Positions 1 through 10,640 of a stretch of DNA of 64,000 bases are shown piece after piece. The notes under the pieces were generated by a model, which saw only the letters and a list, made by a program, of their open reading frames with translations, searched no databases and was not told the origin of the DNA. Location: contig CAVPJD010000026.1 of assembly GCA_963705165.1 (NCBI GenBank), positions 33,862 through 97,861 of the forward strand, written 5' to 3'. Every line of letters begins with the position of its first letter. The stretch's first letter is position 1. The DNA comes from an uncultured delta proteobacterium. Its GTDB lineage: Bacteria > Desulfobacterota > Syntrophia > Syntrophales > UBA2192. The translations under genes and the position numbers were made by a program.

Positions 1-239
1 TAGGGAGGGCCAATCAGCTTCTGGATCTCATGGAGAGCTACCAGAAAAAGATTTCGGGGAGCGGCCTGCCGCTACAGGACGCCTACATATCCATGAAGGC
101 TATCGAGGACCGGGCCGACGAGCTCAACCCCTATATTGAAAATCTTCCAGAAGGCGATGATTTCCGTGATTTCCTCAACCGGCTTGTCATCACGGCCTCC
201 GTTGAGACGATCAAATTCCGACGAGGCGATTACCTCTAA
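1..239 (+). CDS. hypothetical protein, 3' part (frame open to window start)
   Basis: ORF 30..239; same frame has no stop back to position 3; no recognisable motif. Confidence 0.55.
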   Translation, partial: GRANQLLDLMESYQKKISGSGLPLQDAYISMKAIEDRADELNPYIENLPEGDDFRDFLNRLVITASVETIKFRRGDYL

Positions 240-241
240 CA

Positions 242-322
242 AGGGAGCCAGGGTCCAGGGACCCGGGTCCCCAAAATGATCCTATCCGCACCCTGTACCC
301 TGAACCCTGAACCCGATACCCT
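242..322. repeat. inverted arrays of degenerate heptamer repeats (AGGGTCC-like / ACCCTGA-like)
   Basis: agggagcc agggtcc agggacc cgggtcc ... accctgt accctga accctga acccgat accct. Confidence 0.7.
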
Positions 323-369
323 ATTCGTACAAAGATGCTTCCGATGCCCCTTTTCAGGGCGGATAACGC

Positions 370-398
370 TTGACACGTTATGGATCTGATGGTAAAAA
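370..398 (+). promoter_or_regulatory. sigma70-type promoter for tRNA-Pro
   Basis: TTGACA-N17-TAAAAA, 20 nt upstream of the tRNA. Confidence 0.55.
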
Positions 399-418
399 AC
401 ACAGCCTGAATCAAGTGT

Positions 419-495
<77 letters not shown>

Positions 496-840
496 TGAAA
501 AAAAGCTCCCCGGGGACGGAGGGGGGTGCGAAAACGGATGTCCTGACATCCCGTTTTCATTTCACGCAAGCGGGCGGTCAGTCGACAGAGACGATTGACC
601 GCCTTCTTTTTAAACCCGTGATGGTCATCGTTGACATCACCCATGAAACCGCTGCCTTCGTCGTACCGGGCCGCATCGATGCCAACGATAAAGCGGATGA
701 TGCGTTTCGCCTGTTTGAGGCCGCGCGGGGATTCACGTCGTGCGCTCAGCGGACGCGACTGCCTCCCGGCCCGGCATCCGGGCCCGATGACGGGTCCCGC
801 CGGCGGGTGGAAAAGAATGTCCCCGCGTAACTTTGAGGTG

Positions 841-869
841 TTGACAATCGGAAAAGCAGTGAATATATA
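841..869 (+). promoter_or_regulatory. sigma70-type promoter for tRNA-Leu/tig
   Basis: TTGACA-N17-TATATA. Confidence 0.65.
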
Positions 870-890
870 AAGGAATCGTTTTTCAGGGAT

Positions 891-976
891 GCGAGAGTGG
901 CGGAACTGGAAGACGCACTGGACTTAGGATCCAGCCCGCACTGCGGATAGGGGTTCGACTCCCCTCTCTCGCACCA
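891..976 (+). tRNA. tRNA-Leu(TAG)
   Basis: GCGAGAG/CTCTCGC acceptor stem, CTGGA-CTTAGGA-TCCAG anticodon arm, long variable arm, CCA. Confidence 0.97.
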
Positions 977-1006
977 TCTTTATTCTCTAGGAAAAGGAGT
1001 TTGAGC

Positions 1007-2302
1007 GTGACAAGCGGAACAGGTGCAGCCATCAAGGTCGAAGAGATCAGTCCCATCAAGAAAAAAATCTCCTTCGAAATCCCCTGGGAAGCGGTGAAGA
1101 AGGAAATCGACGCCGCATACCGGACGGTGGGGAAGAAGGCCAGGATCAAGGGGTTCAGGCCCGGCAAGACGCCACGGCACATCCTGGAGACTTATTACAG
1201 GGAGGATGCCGAAGGGGAGGCCGTCTCGAACCTGGTCCAGCGATCCTTCGAGGAGGCCATGGCGGCGAACAACCTCATGCCTGTTGCCAGGCCTCAGATC
1301 GAGCAGAACGGGATCCAGGCCGATCAGAGCTTCACCTACAGCGCCACGGTGGAGGTGGAGCCCGTCATCGAGCCCCAGGGATACACAGGACTGGAGTTGC
1401 AGAAGGAAGATACGGCTGTGACCGACCGGGACGTGGACGTCAGGCTTGAGGAACTCCGCAACATGTACAGCAGCCTCAAGGACGTGGAGGCGGGCCGGGC
1501 CGTTCAAGAAGGGGACTTCCTGCTTATCGACTTCGAGGGGAAAATCGGCGGCGAAACGAGAAAAGAGTTAACCGAGACGGGCTTCCGGCTCGAGGTGGGC
1601 TCGAAACGGCTCGTCCCCGGCTTCGAGGATGCCCTGATCGGCCTCAAACAGGGGGAGTCGAAAGAGTTCACGGTCAAGTTTCCAGACGACTATCCTGTCA
1701 AGGAATTCGCAGGGAAAGACATCCTATTTCATGCAACCGTGAAGGATATCAAGGTCAAGGTCCTGCCGGAGCTTGACGAAAATTTCGTTAAAAATTTCGA
1801 GAAGTATGAAACCATGGAGGCCCTCCGGACCGAACTTCTCAAATCCCTCGAGGAGGAAAAGAGCGCCCGGGCAAAAGCGAACCTGCAGAAGGCCATCAAT
1901 GAGCAGCTCCTCGAGAAGAATCCCTTCGAGGTGCCCGAGGCCTATGTGGAGCGCCAGATTTTCAACATGATGGTAGAATATCAGCGCCGCATGGTCATGA
2001 ACGGGATGGATTCGGACAACGCGGCCAAAGTGGCAGCAAATTTGCACGACAAGTTCCGGGACGAAGCCGCCCGCATGGTGCGAACGGGACTTCTTCTGCA
2101 CAGGATCGCCGAGAAGGAGTCCATCGCCGTCGACGAAAAGGAAATCGACGACAGGATTCGCGAGACAGCCGCGCGCTACGGCCACGATTTCGAGTCCATG
2201 AAGCTATCCTATGAAAAGGATAACATGATAGATCGCTTGACAGATCAAATACTTGAAGAAAAAACCCTTGATTTTATCGAGTCCAGGGCTAATATTAAGT
2301 GA
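1007..2302 (+). CDS. tig: trigger factor
   Basis: GFRPGK ribosome-binding motif, FKBP-like middle domain, upstream of clpPX; GTG start chosen for spacing to AGGAG. Confidence 0.95.
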   Translation: MTSGTGAAIKVEEISPIKKKISFEIPWEAVKKEIDAAYRTVGKKARIKGFRPGKTPRHILETYYREDAEGEAVSNLVQRSFEEAMAANNLMPVARPQIEQNGIQADQSFTYSATVEVEPVIEPQGYTGLELQKEDTAVTDRDVDVRLEELRNMYSSLKDVEAGRAVQEGDFLLIDFEGKIGGETRKELTETGFRLEVGSKRLVPGFEDALIGLKQGESKEFTVKFPDDYPVKEFAGKDILFHATVKDIKVKVLPELDENFVKNFEKYETMEALRTELLKSLEEEKSARAKANLQKAINEQLLEKNPFEVPEAYVERQIFNMMVEYQRRMVMNGMDSDNAAKVAANLHDKFRDEAARMVRTGLLLHRIAEKESIAVDEKEIDDRIRETAARYGHDFESMKLSYEKDNMIDRLTDQILEEKTLDFIESRANIK

Positions 2303-2331
2303 AATGCTGCAACCCCGATGAAGGATAGAAC

Positions 2332-2931
2332 ATGCCACTGATCCCGATAGTCATTGAACAGGATGGACGAGGCGAGAGGGCCTTCGACATCTACTCCAGG
2401 CTCCTGAGAGACCGGATCGTCTTTCTGGGGGTCGCCATCGACGACAACGTGGCGAATCTCGTCGTCGCCCAGCTGCTGTACCTGGAATCGGAGGACCCCG
2501 ACAAGGAGATCCATTTCTACATCAACTCCCCGGGGGGGCTTGTGAGTGCCGGGCTCGCGATCTACGACACCATGCAGTACATCAAGTCGCCCGTTTCGAC
2601 CTACTGCATGGGGCAGGCTGCGAGCATGGCTGCCATCCTCCTGGCTGCGGGGCAGAAGGGAAAGCGATATGCGCTTCCGCACGCCCGGATCCTGATCCAC
2701 CAGCCGATGGGGGGGTTCTCGGGCCAGGCGACGGACGTGGAAATCCAGGCCCGGGAAATCCTGCGCCTGAAACAAGAGCTCAATGAGATCCTGACCCAGC
2801 ACACGAATCAGCCGATCGAGAGGATCGAGCGAGACACCGACCGCGATTACTACATGTCCGGTGAGCAGGCGAACGAGTACGGGCTCATCGACGCGGTGAT
2901 CCAGAAGCGGCCCACGGCCGTCAAGAAATAA
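2332..2931 (+). CDS. clpP: ATP-dependent Clp protease proteolytic subunit
   Basis: DIYSRLL, YINSPGG, GQAASM, IHQP motifs. Confidence 0.98.
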   Translation: MPLIPIVIEQDGRGERAFDIYSRLLRDRIVFLGVAIDDNVANLVVAQLLYLESEDPDKEIHFYINSPGGLVSAGLAIYDTMQYIKSPVSTYCMGQAASMAAILLAAGQKGKRYALPHARILIHQPMGGFSGQATDVEIQAREILRLKQELNEILTQHTNQPIERIERDTDRDYYMSGEQANEYGLIDAVIQKRPTAVKK

Positions 2932-2941
2932 AGAGGGAAAC

Positions 2942-4204
2942 ATGCCAAGAAGACAAAGAGAAAACGAGGGCGGTGAAGGCATCCTGTTCTGCTCTTTCTG
3001 CGGGAAGACCCAGAACGAGGTCAAAAAGCTCGTGGCCGGCCCTTCAGCCTATATTTGCGACGAGTGCATCGAACTGTGCCGGTGCATCATCCAGGAAGAG
3101 GCCGAGGTCCAGAGCATCGATGAGAGCCGCAAGAAGATCCCCGAGCCCAAGGACATCAAGAAGTTCCTGGACACCTACGTGATCGGGCAGAACCGGCCGA
3201 AGAAAATCCTCTCCGTGGCGGTATACAACCACTATAAACGTCTCTTTTCCGAGGCGGACCTGGGCGGCGTCGAGCTCCAGAAGAGCAACATCCTGCTCAT
3301 CGGGCCCACCGGTTCCGGAAAGACGCTCCTGGCGCGGACCCTGGCCAAGATGCTCAACGTTCCCTTTGCCATCGCCGACGCCACATCTCTCACCGAGGCG
3401 GGCTACGTGGGCGAGGACGTGGAGAACATCATCCTGAGCCTGCTGCAGAATGCCGACTACGACGTGGAGCGGGCCTCGAAGGGGATCGTCTACATCGATG
3501 AGATCGACAAGATTTCCCGCAAGTCCGGCAGCCCCTCCATCACCCGGGACGTCTCCGGGGAAGGGGTACAGCAGGCGCTGCTCAAGATCATCGAGGGGAC
3601 GCTGGCGAACATCCCGCCCAAGGGCGGCCGTAAACACCCCCAGCAGGAATTCATCCAGGTCGACACGACGAACATCCTCTTCATCTGCGGCGGTGCGTTC
3701 GTCGGTCTCGAGGACATCATCCAGAAACGCATCGGCGCCAGTTCGCTTGGCTTCGGCGCGGACATCAAGGGAAAGAAAGAGCGAAAGCTCGGGGAGCTCC
3801 TGGCCGAGGTCCAGCCCGAAGACTTGCTGAAATACGGCCTTATCCCCGAGTTCATCGGCCGGCTTCCCGTAATCGCAACCCTCGATGAACTGGACGAGAA
3901 CGACCTCATGCGGGTCCTCGTGGAGCCGAAGGACTCCATCAGCAAGCAGTACCAGAAGATCCTCGAGATGGAGAACGTGAAGCTCAAGTTCACCGACGGA
4001 GCCCTCCGGGCCGTCTCGAGGCTTGCCGTAAACCGCAAGGCAGGCGCCCGGGGACTTCGGGCGATCCTCGAGAACACCATGCTCGACATCATGTATGACA
4101 TCCCCTCGCGCAGCGACGTGAAGGAGGTCATCATCAATGAAGACGTCGTCAAGGAAGGCGAAAAGCCCATCCTGCTCTTCGAATCGAAGACGGAGACGGC
4201 GTAA
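2942..4204 (+). CDS. clpX: ATP-dependent Clp protease ATP-binding subunit
   Basis: CSFC..ICDEC zinc finger, [25 protein letters not shown] loop. Confidence 0.98.
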   Translation: MPRRQRENEGGEGILFCSFCGKTQNEVKKLVAGPSAYICDECIELCRCIIQEEAEVQSIDESRKKIPEPKDIKKFLDTYVIGQNRPKKILSVAVYNHYKRLFSEADLGGVELQKSNILLIGPTGSGKTLLARTLAKMLNVPFAIADATSLTEAGYVGEDVENIILSLLQNADYDVERASKGIVYIDEIDKISRKSGSPSITRDVSGEGVQQALLKIIEGTLANIPPKGGRKHPQQEFIQVDTTNILFICGGAFVGLEDIIQKRIGASSLGFGADIKGKKERKLGELLAEVQPEDLLKYGLIPEFIGRLPVIATLDELDENDLMRVLVEPKDSISKQYQKILEMENVKLKFTDGALRAVSRLAVNRKAGARGLRAILENTMLDIMYDIPSRSDVKEVIINEDVVKEGEKPILLFESKTETA

Positions 4205-4221
4205 AGGAGACACGTTTCAGA

Positions 4222-6651
4222 ATGGCCATGTTTGATTACACAAAAAAAGATGACTCGAAAATCATCGTCCCTCTGTTGCCGCTGCGGGACGTGGTGGTCT
4301 TCCCCTATATGATCGTGCCCCTCTTCGTGGGCAGGGAGAAATCGATCAACGCGCTGGAGTCGGCCATGAAGCAGGAAAACGAGATTTTCCTCGTGGCCCA
4401 GAAAAGCGCCCAGAAGGACGAGCCCACCGAAAACGACATCTACACAATCGGGACCCTCGGGGTCATCATCCAGCTGCTGAGACTGCCCGACGGAACCGTG
4501 AAGGCCCTCGTGGAGGGAAAGAGGCGCGCGACGGTCCGTGAGTACATCCCCAACCCCGATCACTTCGTCGTCGAAATCGAAGAGGTGCCGGAAACCGGCT
4601 CGGAAAGCGCAGGCTCCGTCCAGGCGGTCGGCCGCGTTCTTGTGGAGGCATTCAAGAACTACGCGAAGCTTTCCCGCAAGATCCAGCCGGAGCTGGTGGA
4701 CACCATCGTCGCCATCGACAACGCAGCGAAACTCTCCGACGTAATCGCCTCGCACCTGGGCGTAAAGCTGGAAAAGAAGCAGGCCCTGCTGGAGATCACC
4801 GATGGAGGGGAGCGGCTTGAGAAGCTCTACTCCATGATCGTCGGCGAGATCGAAATCCTCGAGTTGGAGGAAAAGATCAAGCGTCGCGTCAAGAAGCAGA
4901 TGGAGAAGACCCAGAAGGACTACTACCTCAACGAGCAAATGCGCGCCATCCAGAAGGAGATGGGCGAGAAGGACGACTTTTCGAGCGAGATCGAGGAACT
5001 CGAAAAGCGCCTGAAAGGGAAAAAGCTCTCCGAGGAGGCCCAGAAGAAGGTTAAGCACGAGATCAAGAAGCTCAAGATGATGTCCCCCATGTCGGCGGAG
5101 GCCACCGTCGTGCGCAACTACATCGACTGGCTGCTCGACATGCCCTGGAGCGAAAAGACGGAAAACAAGCACACCATGAAGGAGTCCGAGGCCATCCTCG
5201 AAGAGGATCATCACGGGCTCAAGAAAGTAAAGGAGCGAATTCTCGAGTACCTGGCAGTGCAGACCCTCGTGAAGAAGAACAAGGGTTCCATCCTCTGCCT
5301 CGTGGGTCCCCCCGGTGTCGGCAAGACCTCGGTCGCCAAATCGATCGCCCGGGCCACCAACCGCAAGTTTGTCCGTCTTTCCCTCGGCGGGCTTCGCGAC
5401 GAGGCGGAGATCCGGGGACATCGCCGGACCTACATCGGGGCGCTGCCCGGAAAGATCATCCAGCTCATCAAGAAGGCGGGGTCCAACAACCCCGTGCTGT
5501 GCCTCGACGAGATCGACAAGCTAAGCTCCGACTTCCGGGGAGATCCCAGTTCGGCGCTGCTCGAGGTTCTCGACCCGGAGCAGAACGGCGCCTTCAATGA
5601 CAATTACCTGGAGGTGGACTACGATCTTTCCGACGTGATGTTCATCACGACGGCAAACGTTCTGCAGACAATCCCGGCGCCGCTGCAAGACCGCATGGAA
5701 GTGATCCGGATTGCCGGGTACACGGAACCCGAGAAACTCAACATCGCAAAGCGCTTCCTCGTGAAGAAAGATATCGAGGCCAACGGGCTCACGGACAAGA
5801 ACATCCTGTTCACAGACGGGGCGATCCTGGAGATCGTCCGCAAGTACACGCGCGAGGCGGGCGTCCGGAATCTCGAGCGCGAAATCGCCTCCATCTGCCG
5901 GAAAGTGGTCCGCGAGATCGTGACCAACGGGCATAAAAAGCAGCTCCGGATCAACGTGAAGTCCATCGAGAAATACCTCGGCCTCGCGAAGTTCCGCTTC
6001 GGCGAGTCCGAGGGGAAAGATTCCGTGGGGCTCACCCAGGGGTTGGCGTGGACCGAGGTGGGCGGCGAGCTGCTGACCATCGAGGCGACGATCCTTCCCG
6101 GCACGGGCAAGACGATGCTGACGGGCAAACTGGGTGACGTCATGCAGGAGTCCGCCCAGGCGGCCCTCACGATCGTCCGCTCGAAAGCCGACGCCCTGGG
6201 GATCGACAAGAACTTCTACAAGGACACGGACATCCACGTCCACGTGCCCGAGGGCGCCATCCCGAAAGACGGGCCATCGGCAGGGATCGCGATGGTGACA
6301 TCCATCGCATCGGCCTTTACGAAGCGTCCGGTACGGGGCAATCTGGCCATGACCGGCGAGATCACGCTCCGGGGCAGGGTGCTCCCCATCGGCGGTCTCA
6401 AGGAAAAACTCCTGGCGGCCCACCGCGGCGGGATCAAAACGGTGATCATCCCCAAGGAGAACGAAAAGGATCTCGTGGATATTCCGTCGAACGTCCTCAA
6501 GGATATTCAGATCGTGCTTGTGGAGCGTATCGACGAGGTGCTCGAGGCGGCTTTTGCTCCGAGACCGGAACAGGAACTTCCCCTGGAGATGAACGAGGAG
6601 ATTCGCCCGATAGAAAAACCGGTGGAAACGGAACGCCGCATCCACGCCTGA
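4222..6651 (+). CDS. lon: Lon protease
   Basis: LPLRD N-domain, [22 protein letters not shown] catalytic Ser motif. Confidence 0.98.
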   Translation: MAMFDYTKKDDSKIIVPLLPLRDVVVFPYMIVPLFVGREKSINALESAMKQENEIFLVAQKSAQKDEPTENDIYTIGTLGVIIQLLRLPDGTVKALVEGKRRATVREYIPNPDHFVVEIEEVPETGSESAGSVQAVGRVLVEAFKNYAKLSRKIQPELVDTIVAIDNAAKLSDVIASHLGVKLEKKQALLEITDGGERLEKLYSMIVGEIEILELEEKIKRRVKKQMEKTQKDYYLNEQMRAIQKEMGEKDDFSSEIEELEKRLKGKKLSEEAQKKVKHEIKKLKMMSPMSAEATVVRNYIDWLLDMPWSEKTENKHTMKESEAILEEDHHGLKKVKERILEYLAVQTLVKKNKGSILCLVGPPGVGKTSVAKSIARATNRKFVRLSLGGLRDEAEIRGHRRTYIGALPGKIIQLIKKAGSNNPVLCLDEIDKLSSDFRGDPSSALLEVLDPEQNGAFNDNYLEVDYDLSDVMFITTANVLQTIPAPLQDRMEVIRIAGYTEPEKLNIAKRFLVKKDIEANGLTDKNILFTDGAILEIVRKYTREAGVRNLEREIASICRKVVREIVTNGHKKQLRINVKSIEKYLGLAKFRFGESEGKDSVGLTQGLAWTEVGGELLTIEATILPGTGKTMLTGKLGDVMQESAQAALTIVRSKADALGIDKNFYKDTDIHVHVPEGAIPKDGPSAGIAMVTSIASAFTKRPVRGNLAMTGEITLRGRVLPIGGLKEKLLAAHRGGIKTVIIPKENEKDLVDIPSNVLKDIQIVLVERIDEVLEAAFAPRPEQELPLEMNEEIRPIEKPVETERRIHA

Positions 6652-6699
6652 CAGGACTCCAAAGGGCACAATATCACCGCAAAAACGTGATATTCGCCC

Positions 6700-6729
6700 T
6701 TGACAACGGAGAGGGTGTTATCGTACATT
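6700..6729 (+). promoter_or_regulatory. sigma70-type promoter for tRNA-Val/tRNA-Asp
   Basis: TTGACA-N18-TACATT. Confidence 0.55.
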
Positions 6730-6744
6730 AACGACCCGACGAAA

Positions 6745-6820
6745 GGGCGGATAGCTCAGTCGGGAGAGCGCCACGCTTACACCGTGGATGTCACAGGTTC
6801 AAGTCCTGTTCCGCCTACCA
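6745..6820 (+). tRNA. tRNA-Val(TAC)
   Basis: GGGCGGA/TCCGCCT stem, CCACG-CTTACAC-CGTGG anticodon arm, CCA. Confidence 0.97.
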
Positions 6821-6835
6821 TAAAGCAAGCATTGC

Positions 6836-6913
6836 GGGGTCGTAGTTAAGTTTGGTTATAACGCCGGCCTGTCACGTCGGAGGGCGTGGGTTCAAATCCC
6901 ATCGACCCCGCCA
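6836..6913 (+). tRNA. tRNA-Asp(GTC)
   Basis: GGGGTCG/CGACCCC stem, CCGGC-CTGTCAC-GTCGG anticodon arm, CCA. Confidence 0.97.
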
Positions 6914-6920
6914 GTAAACG

Positions 6921-6956
6921 AAGGGGGTTAACCGAAAGCGGTTAGCCCCCTTTTTT
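6921..6956 (+). terminator. intrinsic terminator after tRNA pair
   Basis: GGGGGTTAACC-GAAAGC-GGTTAGCCCCC hairpin followed by T6. Confidence 0.85.
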
Positions 6957-7076
6957 GTGCAACTGCGGCACGACAGCTCCACCCGATTCTGACGGAAACC
7001 GGCAGGATTTCGCGATGGCGTCGGATCAGCGAATGCGCTACACTGCGATCAGAGATCAATCCAGCCTGGAGGGAAT

Positions 7077-7565
7077 ATGAAGACGGCAAAGACAGGAAAA
7101 CGAATGATGGAACGGATGGCTCTCGGGCTCTTCGTGATCATCATGGTCCTCGCCGGTTGCACGAAGACCCAGCATGTTCTCGTCCGGGAGCCGGCATCGC
7201 CATCCCCGGGCCTGGAAGGACGGTGGGATCTCGTACGTTACGGCCCCGTGGGTTCGGAAACTGCGGTCTTGACCGACAGGCAGGTGCTTATCGAGTTTAC
7301 GAGCGACGGGAAAATCAGCGGCTCCGGCGGGTGCAACCGGTATTTCGGAGGCTGGGGATTCCTGGAGGGCACAAAGGACGCCATCCGCATCTGGCGGACC
7401 GGGTCGACCAGGATGGCCTGCGAAGGGCCCATCATGACCCAGGAATACCGTTATCTGGAAGAGCTGAGCCGTGTCTCCACGTATGCGGCAGAGGGGAAGG
7501 AGCTTCGTCTCTATTACGACGAGGGTCGGGGAGTCCTGCGGTTTTCCAGAGGAGTGAACCCTTAG
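7077..7565 (+). CDS. META-domain (HslJ-like) lipoprotein
   Basis: lipobox VLAGC; GSGGCNRYFG and STRMAC motifs. Confidence 0.88.
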   Translation: MKTAKTGKRMMERMALGLFVIIMVLAGCTKTQHVLVREPASPSPGLEGRWDLVRYGPVGSETAVLTDRQVLIEFTSDGKISGSGGCNRYFGGWGFLEGTKDAIRIWRTGSTRMACEGPIMTQEYRYLEELSRVSTYAAEGKELRLYYDEGRGVLRFSRGVNP

Positions 7566-7574
7566 GGGAAGAAG

Positions 7575-7671
7575 CGGGGAAGGTGAGAGGGTAAGAAGGT
7601 TGGACAATCTGAGGCATGCCACACCCTCTATGCTTCTCCAACCTTCTCACCTTCTTACCTTCTTACCTTCT
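7575..7671. repeat. inverted arrays of octamer repeats between convergent genes
   Basis: gaaggtga gagggtaa gaaggttg ... accttctc accttctt accttctt accttct. Confidence 0.7.
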
Positions 7672-8228
7672 GCGCGAATGCCTGACTTTTTCTCCTGCCC
7701 GATTGCTTTGACGTAGATGACCTTGTCGTCGCCGGGGGAATAGAATTCCCTGAGTGTGGCCTCTTCCCGGTAGCCGCAACGCTCGTAGAAGCGCCGTGTC
7801 CTGTTGTACATCTCTTTTGAAGAGGTTTCGATGTAGATTCTCAGGCCGCCAAGCTCTCCGATGGCCGCCTCGGAGCGCTCCAGGAGCATTTTCCCGATAC
7901 CTGCTCCCTGCTCCTTCTTCCGGACGGCCATCCAGTAAATATCGTAGCTGTGCAGCGTCAGGGGAACCGGACCGTAGCAGCTGTACCCCAGCACCCGGCC
8001 GCTTTTCTCGGCAAAGATGAAGTGATACCCGCTGGCAAGCCCGACCCGGAGTCTCTCTTCCACGAGTTCCACGGCGATGCCGATCTCGTCGGGCCGGAAA
8101 AAGCCCGTCGACGTGGCGATGTCCCTGACGATCTCACTGTCTTCTCGCCGAACGGTTGTCCGAAGGGTCATCGCCGTGCGAGATGCCGGTGACACCGGTC
8201 TGCCCCTTTTTTCTGCCATGCGGTTCAA
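7647..8228 (-). CDS. GNAT-family N-acetyltransferase
   Basis: QGAGIG acetyl-CoA binding motif, FYERCGY; overlaps upstream ligase stop. Confidence 0.9.
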   Translation of the reverse strand: MNRMAEKRGRPVSPASRTAMTLRTTVRREDSEIVRDIATSTGFFRPDEIGIAVELVEERLRVGLASGYHFIFAEKSGRVLGYSCYGPVPLTLHSYDIYWMAVRKKEQGAGIGKMLLERSEAAIGELGGLRIYIETSSKEMYNRTRRFYERCGYREEATLREFYSPGDDKVIYVKAIGQEKKSGIRAEGKKVRR

Positions 8229-9217
8229 TCCGTCCTGAGCGCGTCTTCCACGATCCTGCCGATCACCTCCTCGTACCGGAGGCCGGCTTGCCGGGTTGCA
8301 GCCGTAAAACCGCTGTCCGGCGAAAGGCAGGGGTTGGAATTGATCTCCAGGATCCAGGGGATTCCATCTCGATCGATCCGGTAATCGACGCGGGCGTAGC
8401 CCGTCAGTTCGAAGAGACGCCAGCAGCTGAGAGTGGTTCGCTTCAGGGATCGAAGCAGTGGCCGGTCCTTCCGTTCGAAGTCGAAGTGCCGAGGCGTGTG
8501 ATGATATTCATAGGAATCTTCGTCCCACTTGGCCCTGTAGCCGATGAGGCGAAGTCTGTCTTTTTCGTATCCGATGAACTCGATTTCCGCCGGCGGGAGG
8601 ACCTCGGGACCTTCGCTGCCCGCAAGAATGGACAGGTTGAACTCGCGTCCGTCGATGTATCGTTCTGCGAACGCTTCTGCACCCAGCCGCCCGAGGCGCG
8701 TCCGGATTTCCTCTCGAAGCTCATCGGCATCCCGCGGGCACACCACGGAATCTTCTTCGAGCCCGACGGAGGCATGCTCCCATACCGATTTGACGATGAA
8801 GGGCGACCCCGCCGGACAGGGGAGCGCCGCAAAGGATTCCCGGAGGGTGCACCACTGAGGTGTGCGGAGACGATGGGCGTGAAGGAGTCTCTTTGCGGAA
8901 AGCTTGTTCGAGCTCAGGAAGGTCGCCTCCGTCCGCGCCCCCGTGTAGGGGATCCTCAGGAAATCGAGGAGCGCCGGCGCCAGGTGAATGAGCCGTCCCT
9001 GCCCACCCACGGTCTCGACGAGGTTGAACACCAGATCGCAGGCCGTTTCCCGAAGCCGCTGCGCGGCTGCCTCCAGATCGAGGCAGAACGGCATGGGCAG
9101 CGCTTCATGGCCGAGCTCCTTCAGGGCGCCCGAGACGGCCTCGACTTGCGTCAGGACGTCCCGCTCATCGGCTGAGGCGCAGGAACGGACGTCGCTGTGG
9201 AGTATGACAACCCTCAT
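8225..9217 (-). CDS. ATP-grasp ligase, D-Ala-D-Ala-ligase-like
   Basis: FNLVE, IPYTG, ERYIDGREF, YARVDYR, LEINSNP. Confidence 0.88.
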   Translation of the reverse strand: MRVVILHSDVRSCASADERDVLTQVEAVSGALKELGHEALPMPFCLDLEAAAQRLRETACDLVFNLVETVGGQGRLIHLAPALLDFLRIPYTGARTEATFLSSNKLSAKRLLHAHRLRTPQWCTLRESFAALPCPAGSPFIVKSVWEHASVGLEEDSVVCPRDADELREEIRTRLGRLGAEAFAERYIDGREFNLSILAGSEGPEVLPPAEIEFIGYEKDRLRLIGYRAKWDEDSYEYHHTPRHFDFERKDRPLLRSLKRTTLSCWRLFELTGYARVDYRIDRDGIPWILEINSNPCLSPDSGFTAATRQAGLRYEEVIGRIVEDALRTD

Positions 9218-9224
9218 GGAACCC

Positions 9225-10220
9225 TCAACGCCCGGATCGGATTCTTTCCTCGGCAGACGCCATGATCATCCCGAGAAGATCTCGATAGGACACGCCTGCG
9301 AGGGTGGACAGGATGGGAAGATCGGAATGGGTCGGATGAAGACCCGCCAGGGGATTGACTTCCAGAAAATGCGGCACCCCGGAGGCATCGTCCCGGATGT
9401 CGAGCCGTCCCCCGTCCCTGCACTCGAGCCCTCGCCATGCAGCCAGGGCGACAGCCGATACCCGGTCTGCCTCCGATCCTGTGACGAGAGCATAATCCAC
9501 GAATTGTTCGCAGTATTCCTTATTGATAAGGGAATAGACGCCCTTTTCAGCATTCTCTCGCAGAATGACTTCCATGACCGCAATGGTGCGGGCTTTGCGG
9601 CCGGTGCCCACAATCCCAACGGTGAACTCTCTGCCGGACAGGTAGGTCTCGACGAGAACCGGTTGCGAGAAGGCCTCGAGGAGGGACCGGCAGCGGGCGT
9701 CGAGCTCACCGGCATCGCGGACGATCGATTTCTCGTTGATCCCCTTTCCGGTTCCTTCCGACAACGGCTTGACGAAGAGGGGGTAGGGAAGGTTGACGGC
9801 GGCGATGTCCCCCGTGTCTTCGACTACGGCGAAATCGGGCGTGGGGATGCCCAGGTCGCGGACCACCCGCTTGGCCATGGCCTTGTGGAGGGTGAGAGAG
9901 AGCACCAGCGGATCGGAGAAGACGTAGGGGATGTCGTAGGCATCGAGCAGACAGGGAACCTGGGACTCCCGCCCGAAGCCCTTCAGGCCCTCGGCGATGT
10001 TGAACACGAGATCCCACCGGTCTCCGGCGACGAGTCGCTTCGCCAGGGCCCGGACGTGGCCGATCCGGTCAGTCCGGTATCCCAGGGAGCCCAGAGTCTC
10101 CTCGATGGCGTCGATCGTGGCGGGCTGGTCGAACTCGGCGGTCTGTTCCTCCGAGTATCCTTCCTCGAGATAGTCCGTCCGAAGGTCATAGGTCATCCCG
10201 ACCCGTAGCATGGGGTTCAC
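9225..10220 (-). CDS. ATP-grasp ligase, D-Ala-D-Ala-ligase-like
   Basis: FNIAEG, FVKP..EGTGKG, ETYLSGREF, LEVNPLAGL. Confidence 0.88.
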   Translation of the reverse strand: MNPMLRVGMTYDLRTDYLEEGYSEEQTAEFDQPATIDAIEETLGSLGYRTDRIGHVRALAKRLVAGDRWDLVFNIAEGLKGFGRESQVPCLLDAYDIPYVFSDPLVLSLTLHKAMAKRVVRDLGIPTPDFAVVEDTGDIAAVNLPYPLFVKPLSEGTGKGINEKSIVRDAGELDARCRSLLEAFSQPVLVETYLSGREFTVGIVGTGRKARTIAVMEVILRENAEKGVYSLINKEYCEQFVDYALVTGSEADRVSAVALAAWRGLECRDGGRLDIRDDASGVPHFLEVNPLAGLHPTHSDLPILSTLAGVSYRDLLGMIMASAEERIRSGR

Positions 10221-10311
10221 CGTCTTCTTTTGAATTTAAGAGGCCGTTGACAGGGGGCGCTTCCCGTTAGGGGCGCAACCATGTCCCGTTTTTCCCTGCC
10301 TGGAAGCACCA

Positions 10312-10552
10312 CAGGTGCTTCAAAATAAGGCTGTCTGCGTCGTTTCCCTCGACCCTCGTCCCTGCGGCCTGTGAATGACCTTTCCTCTGTTCTCCTCCCC
10401 TGGCGGGAGGAGGAAGTGGAGGAGGGGGAATATCCCCCCTCACCTCGATCCTCTCCCACGGAGGGGAGAGGAAGATCAAGGAACAGGGTTTTTACAGGCC
10501 TCAGTCCACGGGATCTCGGGGGCCTAGCATCCAGGCATTTTTGAACTGCCTG
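10312..10552. mobile_element. MITE-like palindromic element with nested REP-like hairpin pair
   Basis: imperfect terminal inverted repeats CAGGTGCTTCAAAA / TTTTGAACTGCCTG, inner IR GGCCTGT/ACAGGCC, central CTCCTCCCC..GGGAGGAG and CCTCTCCC..GGGAGAGG hairpins. Confidence 0.5.
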
Positions 10553-10577
10553 AATCATGGTACTGGTTACATCTTGT

Positions 10578-10615
10578 AAAGAACCCCGCCGTTTTGTCGG
10601 CGGGGCTCTTCTTTG
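10578..10615 (-). terminator. intrinsic (possibly bidirectional) terminator downstream of kamA-like gene
   Basis: GAACCCCGCC-N8-GGCGGGGCTC hairpin with short A/T tracts on both sides. Confidence 0.65.
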
Positions 10616-10640
10616 GTTCTATCCGGTCATCGGGGAGGAA

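Noticed and set aside
242..322. Short repeats as a CRISPR array
   Set aside because: Units are 7-8 nt without spacers, and there are no cas genes in the window.
3490..5421. 643-aa - strand ORF and similar long antisense ORFs across the window
   Set aside because: They lie opposite well-supported genes (clpX/lon, guaB, dnaE, iorA and others) and show no domain signal.
10217..10558. 113-aa ORF as a precursor peptide for the ATP-grasp ligases
   Set aside because: It is a read-through of the palindromic repeat element with no clear RBS; the ligases are Ddl-like rather than RimK/graspetide-like.
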